The notes beneath the pieces are model-generated. The model was not told the origin of the DNA and ran no database searches. It saw only the letters and a program-made list of their open reading frames with translations. A DNA stretch of 64,000 nt from Phoronis australis. Lineage: Eukaryota; Animalia; Phoronida. This document shows positions 25,671-36,816 of the stretch, in pieces (position 1 is the stretch's first letter; each line of letters starts with the position of its first letter). A program made the position numbers and the translations under genes. Where the stretch lies: NCBI GenBank assembly GCA_002633005.1, contig NMRA01000076.1:1031705-1095704 (forward strand), given 5' to 3'.

Positions 25671-26106
25671 AGAGAAAAGACAGATTGAGAACCCTGTCCA
25701 GGACTTTGATGTTGGGGTCTCCGATTTCGCAGCACAATGCACTTGGAAACGTGCACGTAATGATTCATGCATATATTTCGAAAAATCAACAAAATTTGTC
25801 AGTCAAGCGAAGCTTTTGCGGAACGTATTAACTTACTGGATTCAGTTTTAAATTCAATAAGTCAATTTTGCGACTGCAAAACCATATTTTTCCAGAGGCC
25901 CCTGTTCTGGCAAGGGATAACGGAAGCAATTGTCACTTTTTTTCTCGAGTTGCCTATTATCTTCACTTGAGAAAAATTGATAACCCGACAGCCAATTGCT
26001 GCACATTCTTGCAATTTTTGAAAATATAGATATTTTCACATCGAGGGGTCCCACGTCTGATTATGGTATTCAACTGGCCAAAGTTTTTATCATAATGACA
26101 AATTCT

Positions 26107-26675
26107 TAAGGGTACGCTCACGGACTGAGAGAGGACCCAATATTGGAATCGATTACGTCTATTTCCTGGGGTTTTTTTTTTGAAATCGTGCAACCAACTT
26201 TCATGTTGAAGAAGGTCACTTTCTGCACCGTCGTCTGACGACACGACGGTGGAATGAACTGTCACTTTTTTCCAAGCTTAATGATGTTTAGTTTTTCATA
26301 ATTAAGGTGTCCCATTTCAGACGGGGCCCTCTCTCGGTGGAGCAGTTCTGACATGTAAATCCGACCGTGACTGCCAAGTATTCTAGAGGGAAGTTGTGAT
26401 TCGAAATTCATCAAAAAACACAAAACATTCGGACACAGCATAGCAATATCAAGACAATTAATCGACCCAAACAACCAAAAAAATGTGAAAAAATACAATA
26501 AGATTGACCGCCATCGAAAGGGAGTCGGGAATTTTAAAGAACGTGAAGACCGCTGTTTGTTAACTACACAAAAATATTTCCGATGGTTAGTTATAAAATA
26601 ATGTTACTGTTTCCCATATTATCACAAGAATAGTATCTCTTTTGATGATGATTACTGTCAGTGAGTTGTTCTTAA
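26107..26675. mobile_element. Possible TTAA-flanked MITE
   Basis: TTAA-GGGTACGCTCACGGAC at the left end and GTCAGTGAGTTGTTC-TTAA at the right end form imperfect inverted termini. Confidence 0.3.
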
Positions 26676-27688
26676 GGAATTCCCACATTTGGAAAACACT
26701 GCCTGTCGAGGTTGGGGTGACCGTGTACATGTCAAACGAGTGTACCCAAGTACTCGCAATAATAAACAAATTAAACAAATATTTCAGCGTTTTTTTAGGC
26801 CAAGTTAAACTCGTGAACCGTTATAGCTACCTTGGAAAGAGCAAAAAGTCACCTTACTATCAATCCCCAATCTCCCATTTTGATCGTTACAGGCCAAAAA
26901 TCTGTGAGCATGCCTGTTGAAATTGCTTATAACATTCCGTTTTGATCAACAGATTCGTTGGTTTCTGATTTACTTGTTTATGTATCTACCAAAACCGACA
27001 GGTTAATAGGTGATGTTTGGCAATTAGAAGCTAATCTTTTAAGAAATGATGACGATTCAGGGAATTAAGTTGAAGCCTGGATATGGAAAAAACTATAATC
27101 TGATCCCCAAATAGTAAAGTGCACTTGAACGCTTCTTGCCTATCTAAATAAATTCTCAAAAACATTGGTGAAAGTTGGACACTTCCCAAAAAATTACAAT
27201 TTAAATGACAATAAATGCATTGGTTTTGACTTCGGTACAAGATTTGTTGTTTAAAGTCACTAACAGGGGATCAAAAAGGAATTAAGTCATTAAATCAAGG
27301 TAAGCGTATTGCTCATGGGTTTGATTGTTGGTTTCGGATTTAAATGTTTATGTATCTACGAAAGTGGACTGATGATTTTTTGAAAATAAAAAGCTAATCT
27401 TATAAGAAATGACAATACTTCAATGAACTTATACGCCGAATCCTGCATTTTTAATGGACTTTTTTCTCGTTTTTCTCGGTCTTTTGTTCTCTGGAGCGGC
27501 TCTTTTTGCCCACTTTGCCACCGAAACCCCCCCCCCCCCCCATCCTAGGTGCGCGCATGCACGGAGCACGTCATGACAGCTACACCCAAGTTAAAATTAC
27601 GGTATAACCTTGCAGCAGGCAGGCTTAGAATCTCAGTTACCCACGGAAACTGAATTTCAACTCCAGGTGTGTGTACATTTTTGGGACA

Positions 27689-28147
27689 CCCATACGAAAA
27701 TAGTGGATCATATAGGATTTCTATAGGATCAAGATTTCCTATAGGAATTCCTATAGGATCATATAGGATTTCTATAGGATCAAGATTTCCAATAGGAATT
27801 CCTATAGGAATATCGATTTCCTATAAGATTCGTATACGATCAAGATATCCTATAGGAATTTCTATAGAAAAACTCCTATAGGAAAATTTTCACAAATCTG
27901 ATTTCTAAAAATTTTAACAAACAAATAGCCTAAGAATATATAGTAAAATATCGGTTTGTTTTTATCTAATTTCAGCGCCAATAGGAGATCCTGAGACTTT
28001 TCCTATAGGATTTCCCATTGGATCCTATAGGAATCCTATAGGATGCTTTAATAATCCTATAGGATATTGGGCCAAAATCCAATTGGATTCCTATAGGATT
28101 TCGTATAGGAATCCAATAGGAAATCCTATTGGAATTTTTGGTAAGGG
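27689..28147. mobile_element. Foldback-like MITE built of palindromic TTCCTATAGGAA units
   Basis: Termini CCCATACGAAAA and TTTTGGTAAGGG, with ACA on both flanks and many CCTATAGG palindromes inside. Confidence 0.65.
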
Positions 28148-29081
28148 ACACTCTGTTTCATCTTCCCCAGCAACCAGAAACTGGACTACCGGCTGGGTTT
28201 CACCTAGGGATTCTGAAACGGCCACAAACACAATCATACCAGCCACTTCGGGACCTCACTTTTCCAAAAATTACTTCAAATAAAATGAAGTTGTCCCGAA
28301 ACTGGATCATAATATACCTTGACCTTCGACGCAGCTATAGTTACTTCAGGCAGCTCCCAGCTACCCGTCAGTGCGCTCAGGGCCTAGACCCATTCTTACT
28401 CTCCGTGAATCTTTGTTGGTTCATGGTTAGGCCTACTCAAATCCTGATGGCTGCATCATTCCCCTGTATTACCCCCACCTATGGCAGACGTGGGGGGTTC
28501 GGTACAAATATGGTGACATCCATGAAACGGGAGAGGGGGGTGACGATAGCAAGGGGATAGGTTGGCGAAGTCAAATTGGTTTGTCCCCCCCCCCCACAAT
28601 AATTTTTTCCTTCCTACGTGCCTGAGCGTCAATGTAATAACGACACCAATACAACCAACCAGTGTTCAGTCTATAAATCTGTTAAGCAAAGTTCAGTTTT
28701 TGAGAAGTATTTATTCATTTGTCAACGAAGTTTGCTGACAGCATCATGAATTGTAAACTGAAAATTTCGTCAATGGGGCGCCCTCCGGGCTTCCGGTCTG
28801 CAGCCGAAGACTCCACTGTCTCAGATACGTTATCCTGTAATTTGTATCTTATGTTTTTCAGACGGTAGTGCTGGCCAATACTATTATCTAGTTGTATGTT
28901 ATTTCTTCAATAGCCACAGAGTATTACTGTTGCGGTCTCCATAAGGTGACGCCAACACACGGGCTTTGGACCCATCCCGCGGTCCAACCGTACCCGGGGC
29001 CTCATTTGGCTGATAAGATCACATGTATTCGACTCACTAAACGCTTTGTTTACCACATTACCAAGGTACTTAAACCTGAAC

Positions 29082-29294
29082 CAGTGGCAGATCTACGTTT
29101 TCAGTAAGGGGGGTTTAGGATTCGAGCGAATCCGAGGCGCGTAGCGCAGAGCGGAAGGAAGGTCGGGAGGGGGTTTCCCTCCCCCCGTGTAAGATTTTTT
29201 GTGGCTTTTAGTAGCTGATTTCGTTTTTCTGGCGAAATTTTTTTCAATTTTTATTTTTGATCCTGTACCGAGGAGGGTTCAAACCCCGCCTCTG
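29082..29294. mobile_element. hAT-like MITE (CAGTGGC...GCCTCTG) with 5-bp TSD TGAAC
   Basis: Imperfect TIRs; TGAAC at 29077-29081 and 29295-29299. Confidence 0.65.
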
Positions 29295-29919
29295 TGAACT
29301 TAGAAGCAGCACTGCATTCTAGAATACAAAACTACCACTTGATGAATATTAATAGTGGCCCACGACCTTTGTCAGGGCACTGTGCATATCACCGGGGACT
29401 GAGTCGGACGGAGCGACTTCATGAGGTCAATTTAGAAATGGGATTACACGCCAGAGCTGAATACAATACTTTCTACAAGTAAAGAGAGGAATTGATTACT
29501 CTTCTCATCAAATTAGCTCAGTACCTTATGTTATATCCATATCTGATTAATGATTTTAGTTCGCCAGGTAAACCGTTTTCGGTCCCCGGTCTACTTGAAG
29601 ACTACTGTCTGTGGCGACCAGCAGGTCTCCCAAAAATGAAGAAAATGGAGTGGGTCAGGTTTGATGGCAATACTGTGGAGTAAATGCGGCAGGGGAAGTT
29701 GCGATTTTTTGCTTGAGTAAATGAAGTCCAGAAATGGGACCTCTGCTCTTATAGTTATGGCCCGGCGAACGTCCCGGCCGCCGGGCTTACCCCGAGCCCG
29801 TTCAAAGAACCATATCCTTGCTCAATAGGGAATCTTTTGGCACTAAGGTTACGAATAGGTATACCTCAGACCAGGTGGAATTAATTGACAAAAATCTGGT
29901 AATTTAATGATACGCAGTA

Positions 29920-30093
29920 CGTGGCGGATTTAGAGGGGGCAAAAGGTTCATGCCCCCCCGGCCTAAAACTCCCGCATGTCACAGTTTACATGCCGGGTCA
30001 CCAATTATGAATGCCTTCTGATGGGCAAAATCCTGGCTAATACTCTGCACTGCATCCCCCCCTCCCCAGCTAAAAATCCTGGATCCGCCTCTG
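29920..30093. mobile_element. hAT-like MITE (GTGGCGGAT...ATCCGCCTCTG)
   Basis: Inverted termini of the same type as those at 29082 and 42563. Confidence 0.55.
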
Positions 30094-31109
30094 TAACTTC
30101 GGACCAGTGGGAGCGCAATGAGAACTTGGATTCTTTTGTATCCACTCTTGCACCGGCCCGGGGCGGTCGTGGCCCTCGTGATCTACTGAGGTCTAGAAAA
30201 GATCAAATGAATCGCACTGCTTTGGCATCTCAGCTTTTCATTCTTGAGTGCGCGTATAGCAAGACAAAAAACCTTGTTGAGTTTCTTCCTCTTTGAGAAA
30301 CCCATCGCGGAGTGTGTTTCTCTAAGCTTTTTTTCAAGTGTCGTGAGACAATGTGCAAACACGGGCTTTTACTGATCCAGACCACTGACAGATAACGTCA
30401 AAATCATCAGCCACCAGGTCCTTGCCCATATGCTTTTCCTTTATTCCCGAAGGGGGTCGTTATTTATATCAAGAGAAAATACAAATAAAATCTAGTAGTA
30501 AGGTTTACTCCTAAACGCCCAGAGACGGTGTTTACGGATTTGACATCTAGGTCAGTGGCGGATTTGCACCTCGGCCGAGATCGGAAAATCATCGATTATT
30601 ACCGTCTATTTCTGTGATCTAAGTTCCTGTGTGTCAGTTCAGGAACGATTCCTGAATGCCAGCCATATTGTCCTTGAAAACGTATTGACGTCACCGTGAG
30701 CGTAAATGCGTTGTTTCTTTGTTTGGTTGTTTTTGATTCCCATTTTGGTTCTTTTTATGTAAACTTGATTATTTATTGTCCTAATTTTACCTGTTCTTTG
30801 CATATGACGAATGGTATCAAATGCATAATCATGTGTTTGAAGTACCGTCGCAAAGTCTCCGGCGTAGCCAACGATCGGCTACTGACCTGACTCATTCCGA
30901 GGGTACCTCAAATTAACAACTGTAACCGTTTATGTAATAAATTAGAGGAAAAAAGTTTCTTGATCAAGAAATGTCTTATCTTTATCGCCATATCTTGAAA
31001 TTGATGCAAAGTACCACCCTGAAGTGGGCAATTGCCGTGTCACGGTGACTACCCGGACGTGTGAGCGCAGCCGAGTGCGTAATTGACCTTTCCCAAGCTC
31101 CGCCCCTTG

Positions 31110-31615
31110 TGTAATGTCGACTAAAAACAATAAGTTTTACCCGGCAACGTGTTGTTTGTCGGGTTACTGGCGGCTTGGAAACGAAGGTTTATCAAGAATG
31201 ATGAGTTCTAAATGTTCTGTTGGGGCAGCTCTTGATCCTGCTCCTCTATTATCTAGTTATGGAGGTGAAAATGCATTGATTTCTGTCTCATATATAAGTC
31301 CCTTGATTGTGGCATCGAGGCTACAATTACCAAATCCCATTTTTTGATACAGAAGGAGTTAAACACTTTCTTGAATTAAATAAATCAAGTCTAACTGTGT
31401 TAAGTATTAGCATTCAATCGATGTCGCAGAATGTGTTATTGTGTTTTTGCTTCATTTAGTTTAGTCATCGTATTTCATCACTTACTGTTGTTTACTACCA
31501 CTTTCTCCGCATGCAGAAGATGAGTAACACTTCCTATTCCTAGAACTGTTTATTTGTCAGCATATTGCATCCTTCATATGTTCATTTACTTGATTGTTTA
31601 ATTCGTGTTTCTCTG

Positions 31616-31656
<41 letters not shown>

Positions 31657-31940
31657 TTTCACTTATATTTTAAGCAGTAGCTTCAGTAGCTTCAGCATTA
31701 TCAGTAGCTTCAGTAGTATGAGTTGATTAGTATTTGTTTCCCGCATTGAGAGTTGTTCTCATCATTCGCTGACAGTCTTCAATATACTAGTCAAGACTAT
31801 TCTCTTGTTTTTGCCTACGAACCACCTCGTACACAGACAAACGGCATTTTTCCGTGTACCCCACATTTTGGTGCCGTGGCCCGGATCAAATTGTTTTTAT
31901 AGCGTTGCCTCGTTTTGATTTCACCGAGAGAGGGTGTAAT
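31110..31940 (+). mobile_element. LTR-retrotransposon remnant: putative LTR end, tRNA-His PBS and PPT
   Basis: ...CA-ttt-TGGTGCCGTGGCCCGGAT (PBS at 31869-31886), then GAGAGAGGG-TGTAAT at 31926-31940. The LTR 5' boundary is tentative. Confidence 0.5.
31619..31653. repeat. (TA)n microsatellite
   Basis: Direct inspection. Confidence 0.95.
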
Positions 31941-32699
31941 TTAGACCCCCAAGTCGGCCTAAAATGGACGATCGCATAAATTGATTATAAAAGTTGAAAA
32001 CAAAATCTTTTTCCACAATGAAGTCACCTTAATGAACTGAAAGTCGTCACTGTTTCATTTTTTGATTTGTTTTAAAACTCAAGTCAAACCCCGGCCACGC
32101 ACGTGCATGTGTCATGTCAAGAAGGCAAAGAGATAGTAAAAACTTCAGTGAGGTTGCACGTGCTTTAGTCGCCTGCACTGATTCATTTGAAATAACATGG
32201 TGCTGTCATCAGATTTCATTTTATGGATAATTTTGTTGCGAACGGAGCTGTATTCTAGCAGCTAATAATTATATCAAAACACTCGACAAGGTTCCCGCGG
32301 CCATTACTTGGTTAGTCAGTTTTCCGCGGTGTGGTGTATGGGGAAACATGGTGTCCGATATTTAGGTTCTCCGGAGGTTTGCTAGAACTTTTTTTAAAGA
32401 TCAGTCAGAACATAAATGTGGCTTTCGGTGACAAGATATAGTAATAGAACAATTCCGTAAAGGTTAGTCTTTATTTCAGTAAAGAATTTACAACAACCCG
32501 TAGTTTTTTCCATTAAATATAATGCAAAATGTGCCAAAACGTCCGATAATTAGGTCACTTGACTATATTCTTCTCTCTTTGATTTCAGACCGCTGCCCTA
32601 TCTTCATTGCTTCAAAAACAATAAAGAAACTCCAGCCTAAAGCCCTAGTTTCGTCTCAAAATATTCTTACACACCGCAAACAAAAACTCACTTCCTCAA

Positions 32700-34440
32700 T
32701 AGCTTGCGAAACTGCAATATCATGGAAAAGCTAGACCCCAGCTTAGATTGGAACCCCGATGATCACAACTACGCAATACTCAGTGATATTTTGACATATC
32801 TCACGAAAAAACACTTTGGTCCAAACAATGTTAGATATAATAAACACATACACGCTCTTAATTCGTGGATTACACCTGGCATTTTAATTTTCATTCGTTA
32901 CCGAGATAAACTGTACAGACAAACCAAGGCAACCTCTCGCAACACACTATCCTACGCTACATGCCACAACAATCTTAAAGTATACAACAAGATTCTCAAA
33001 AAAATATTGATTCCGCCAAGCAATCTTACTATTATGACACATTCGAAAAAGGGAAGTCTGACATAAATAAACATTGGATACAACAAAGACAGTAATGAAC
33101 AATGGCGTTCGAACAAAAATGATACCCCAGAATGTCTCTTACGTTCAGATAACACTAAAACCGGTGACTTACCCGAAATGGCAAGTTTATTCAACACCTA
33201 CTTTACCCAAATCGGCCCATCCCTTTCTGAATCAACAACTATGATAAAAAACAAGAATTTTAAAGACAATCTTTCCACTCCAAACAAATTTAAGTTCTCT
33301 TTCAAACTAATTAATAATAAACATGTACTAGATATTATAAGAGACATGGACGCAAAAAATAGGACTGGTCATCACAATTTATCATCTAAAATTATCAAAA
33401 TAAGCTGTCCTTTTATAATTGAACCTCTCACGACCATCATCAACCAGTGCTTGCACACAGGTATATTTCCAGATGCTCTCAAGATTGATAAGCTAATCCC
33501 AATTTTTAAACAACTTAGTTTTGACTCAGAGCACCCGGGCAATTATAGACCCATTTCTATTCTTCCAACAATCTCAAAAATTATAGAAAAATTATCCATA
33601 CTCAACTTTCCTAAATGAAAATGATATTCTTAATAAACATCTAGAATACTGTTTCAGGAAATTTCACTCTATAGAAGTTGCTTCGCTTGAACTTTTAGAC
33701 CGCATTTGTTCCCATCTTGATAATCCCCTAGTCATCTTTCACGATCTCTCTAAAGCTTTCGACACAATAGACCACCAAATACTCTTGCAAAAGATAAATC
33801 ACTATAGTATTACTGGAGTTTAATATACACTGTTTATAAGTTATCTCTCATACCGCACCCAATATGTTTCACTAAGAGATACAACTTCCAGTAGGTTACC
33901 AATATCTACCGGAGTTCCCCAAGGCTTTGTCCTTGGCCCACTTCTCTTCTTAATTTGCGTAATGATCGTTCGTTTTCTTCTCCCATGGACACACTTCTTT
34001 ATGCTGATGACACGTGCCTCGTCACACCTTACAAATTGACTGAATCTTCCCAACGCACTTTACAGCAACCACCATCAACAACAACCTTAAATCTATTTCA
34101 GACTGGTTTTTCGTGAACAACTTTCAATTAACACATCAGAAAGTAAATTAATGATCTTCCACTACCCCCAAAAGAAAATTGATAAATGTATTATTCCCAC
34201 CATTTATATAAATAGCAAAACAATTAAATATGTCATGTGAACAGTTTTCCTTTCCATGGTATTACAGTTGACAAAAACCTCTCATGGTCCCCCCACATAA
34301 ACCTCATCTCAAACAAACTTAACAATCTCGGGGGACTCATAAATCTTATCTGCCTCTTCCAGCTCTCAAGTTAATATATAATTCACTTGTCCTCCCACAT
34401 TTAAATTATGGCATTGCAACTTGGGGTTTTGGCAAGACTA
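32700..34440 (+). mobile_element. Decayed CR1/L2-group LINE ORF2 (reverse transcriptase) fragment
   Basis: [54 protein letters not shown] and LYADDT motifs, spread across frameshifts and stops. Confidence 0.9.
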
Positions 34441-36816
34441 ACACTCAGAGTGAATTGGTGTTTTCGGAAAGAATAGATTGTCGTAACTTCGGTTGCATTT
34501 GGGCGATTTTGGCGATTCAAAAACTAAACATGATCACCATTTGACGAAGATTTCAGAAATGCTATTGGTTTATGTTCAAATATGTTATAACTTAACTTTT
34601 ATTTTTAACAGCACAGCCCAGTCAGGGTAGATACGATCTTATTGGAGATTAGAGCAATTATCGAACAAAAGAGAGCTGGCCTTCCAACCATCAATGCCAG
34701 AATGGAGTTAATCAGTCGTGTAAGATATTGGCTACAGGGGTAAACTTCCCAACTTGTTGTTGGGCTATAGAATCGAACTAGTTGGGAGCAACGGGAAAAC
34801 GACGTAATGTAAGGGTTAAACGTGTACTTGTAGGACTTTAATTGGAGTAACTACTGGTAAACACGGCCGGGTTGTGGTCACCATTGGTCTCAACGCAACT
34901 CGACCAGAAGACTTTTTTGGTTACCACAGAGTGATCTGCTCAACTGAGCAAAATTATTTATCATGCCGCCAACCACAGAATTCACTGCGTAACATATTAC
35001 AAAAATATTCTTAAATCTTAAATTTTGAGGGTTGATGAAGGTCACAATACAGAGAATTATTTGTTATAATTAAATCTATCTGTGACAGTGATGCTACTTG
35101 GTCCGGCGTACTGATCGATAGACTAAATCAGTGGTTATCAACTCGGTTCGCGAATTCTCATGGCCTCCACTGGGGGCGCCAGCACGCGTGTTACGTAAAA
35201 TGGACAAAAGGGTCTTGGTCAACATTCACCATTCTGCGTGTCATTCATCACGTTCCACAGGGCCACTTTTGGGTATAGGTGGCGATGTGTCACAGGGTAG
35301 AGCATGAGTACCCTCTGACACCGAAGATGGGTCCGTTTAAGGTCGTTGGTATGAGTATTTTGCTGACGATAAAACGTAAGGCGTATGGGTTTCTACTTTG
35401 TACTACTTTGTGATTCGCCCATGTAATATCAAAAAATAATTACGGCACTCGGTGTTATTAGCCAGTAGTGTCGTTAACTCATTCTAGTTCACGAGAGAAA
35501 AGTTATTTTACTTTCATTGTGTTTTTCCTAACTTGTAATGCATATCGGTAAAATGCATGTAGGTTTATTGTATACAGCAGAAACCGAACCATCCACTGGG
35601 CGAGCCTTGTAGGGATTAGAGAGGTCCATAATAAAAGGAGATGTCGTGCAAGTTAAATCTAGCTTGAGGCCACTAACGCTTAGAACCGACTGATTTTATA
35701 AGTAGCAATTAAGGTATGGAAACCGAATGCATATTGATATATTTCAGCCCTTGGTTACAGCTGCACGGCGACCCTACAAAAAATCTACCGAATGTTAAAG
35801 TTTTTGAGGGCGTTGAGGCTTTATCAGTCCTCATCCATTGATAAAGGACTGCTTCCTCTTTTATCGACTCAGCATAGAATTTACCTGCAATTGCATGACA
35901 TTGTGCCACCACAATTACTAGCATCCTGATTAATGTCTTCCTGCAGTGACCTCATAACTGACAAGGCCTTATATTTTAATTACACAACAGGCCGGTACCC
36001 AGTTTCTATGGTCTTGAGTGTCTGCAGATANATTGTAAGTTTATTCCATGTAACAGGCCTCCGGCCCACATTACAAATATATAATACCCAGAGAGTACAA
36101 GATTTTTCAAATCTAAACTAATTCGTATCAAGGAACTCATTTCGACGTTTCTCCGCATTATTAAATATCTAGCAAATTTTCTCAGGACAGATAAATCATG
36201 AGTCTGTAAAAAATCTCTGAACTCTATCTCGTCCACCTTATCGTATCTTGGTAAGAACAGCACAAGTAGATCAGAATATAAATTACAACTAACTACAATG
36301 ATCATGATCCGCTTCAGGGGTAACTATTTTTAGTGTGATATTGTTTTTCTTAGAAATGAATCCAGAAAATTTATTTCCCCTAAGTTCAGCAGGAGTGGTC
36401 TAATAAATAAAACTTACACTATTTGATTGCGAGAATAATCTAATCTACGCATAGGTCGAACTTCCAACAATACAAAAATAAATTACTTTAAATAGAATTA
36501 TTTCTTTACTGATTTTAACAAACAACCGTGAAATGAAAACTGCAGGTGCAAACGTCTCATGACCAGTAAATCCTTTGATTAGCCTTAATTAGTATGGTAT
36601 TACAGGATCTCCGGGGTACTGCACAACCGTTGACGGTCGCAAGCTGTAAGAGGTGCAAGAATTAGCACATAGATCTCACGAGAGAAGGAACGCGTCCTCC
36701 CCCTACAAAGAATGTCCGTGTACTCTGTAATGATTCTCGATCTGGACATGTCTGAATCTCGTGTTAGTACTCGAAGGATTCTGGGAAAGAATAAAATTAC
36801 AAACGGTCCTTATAGC

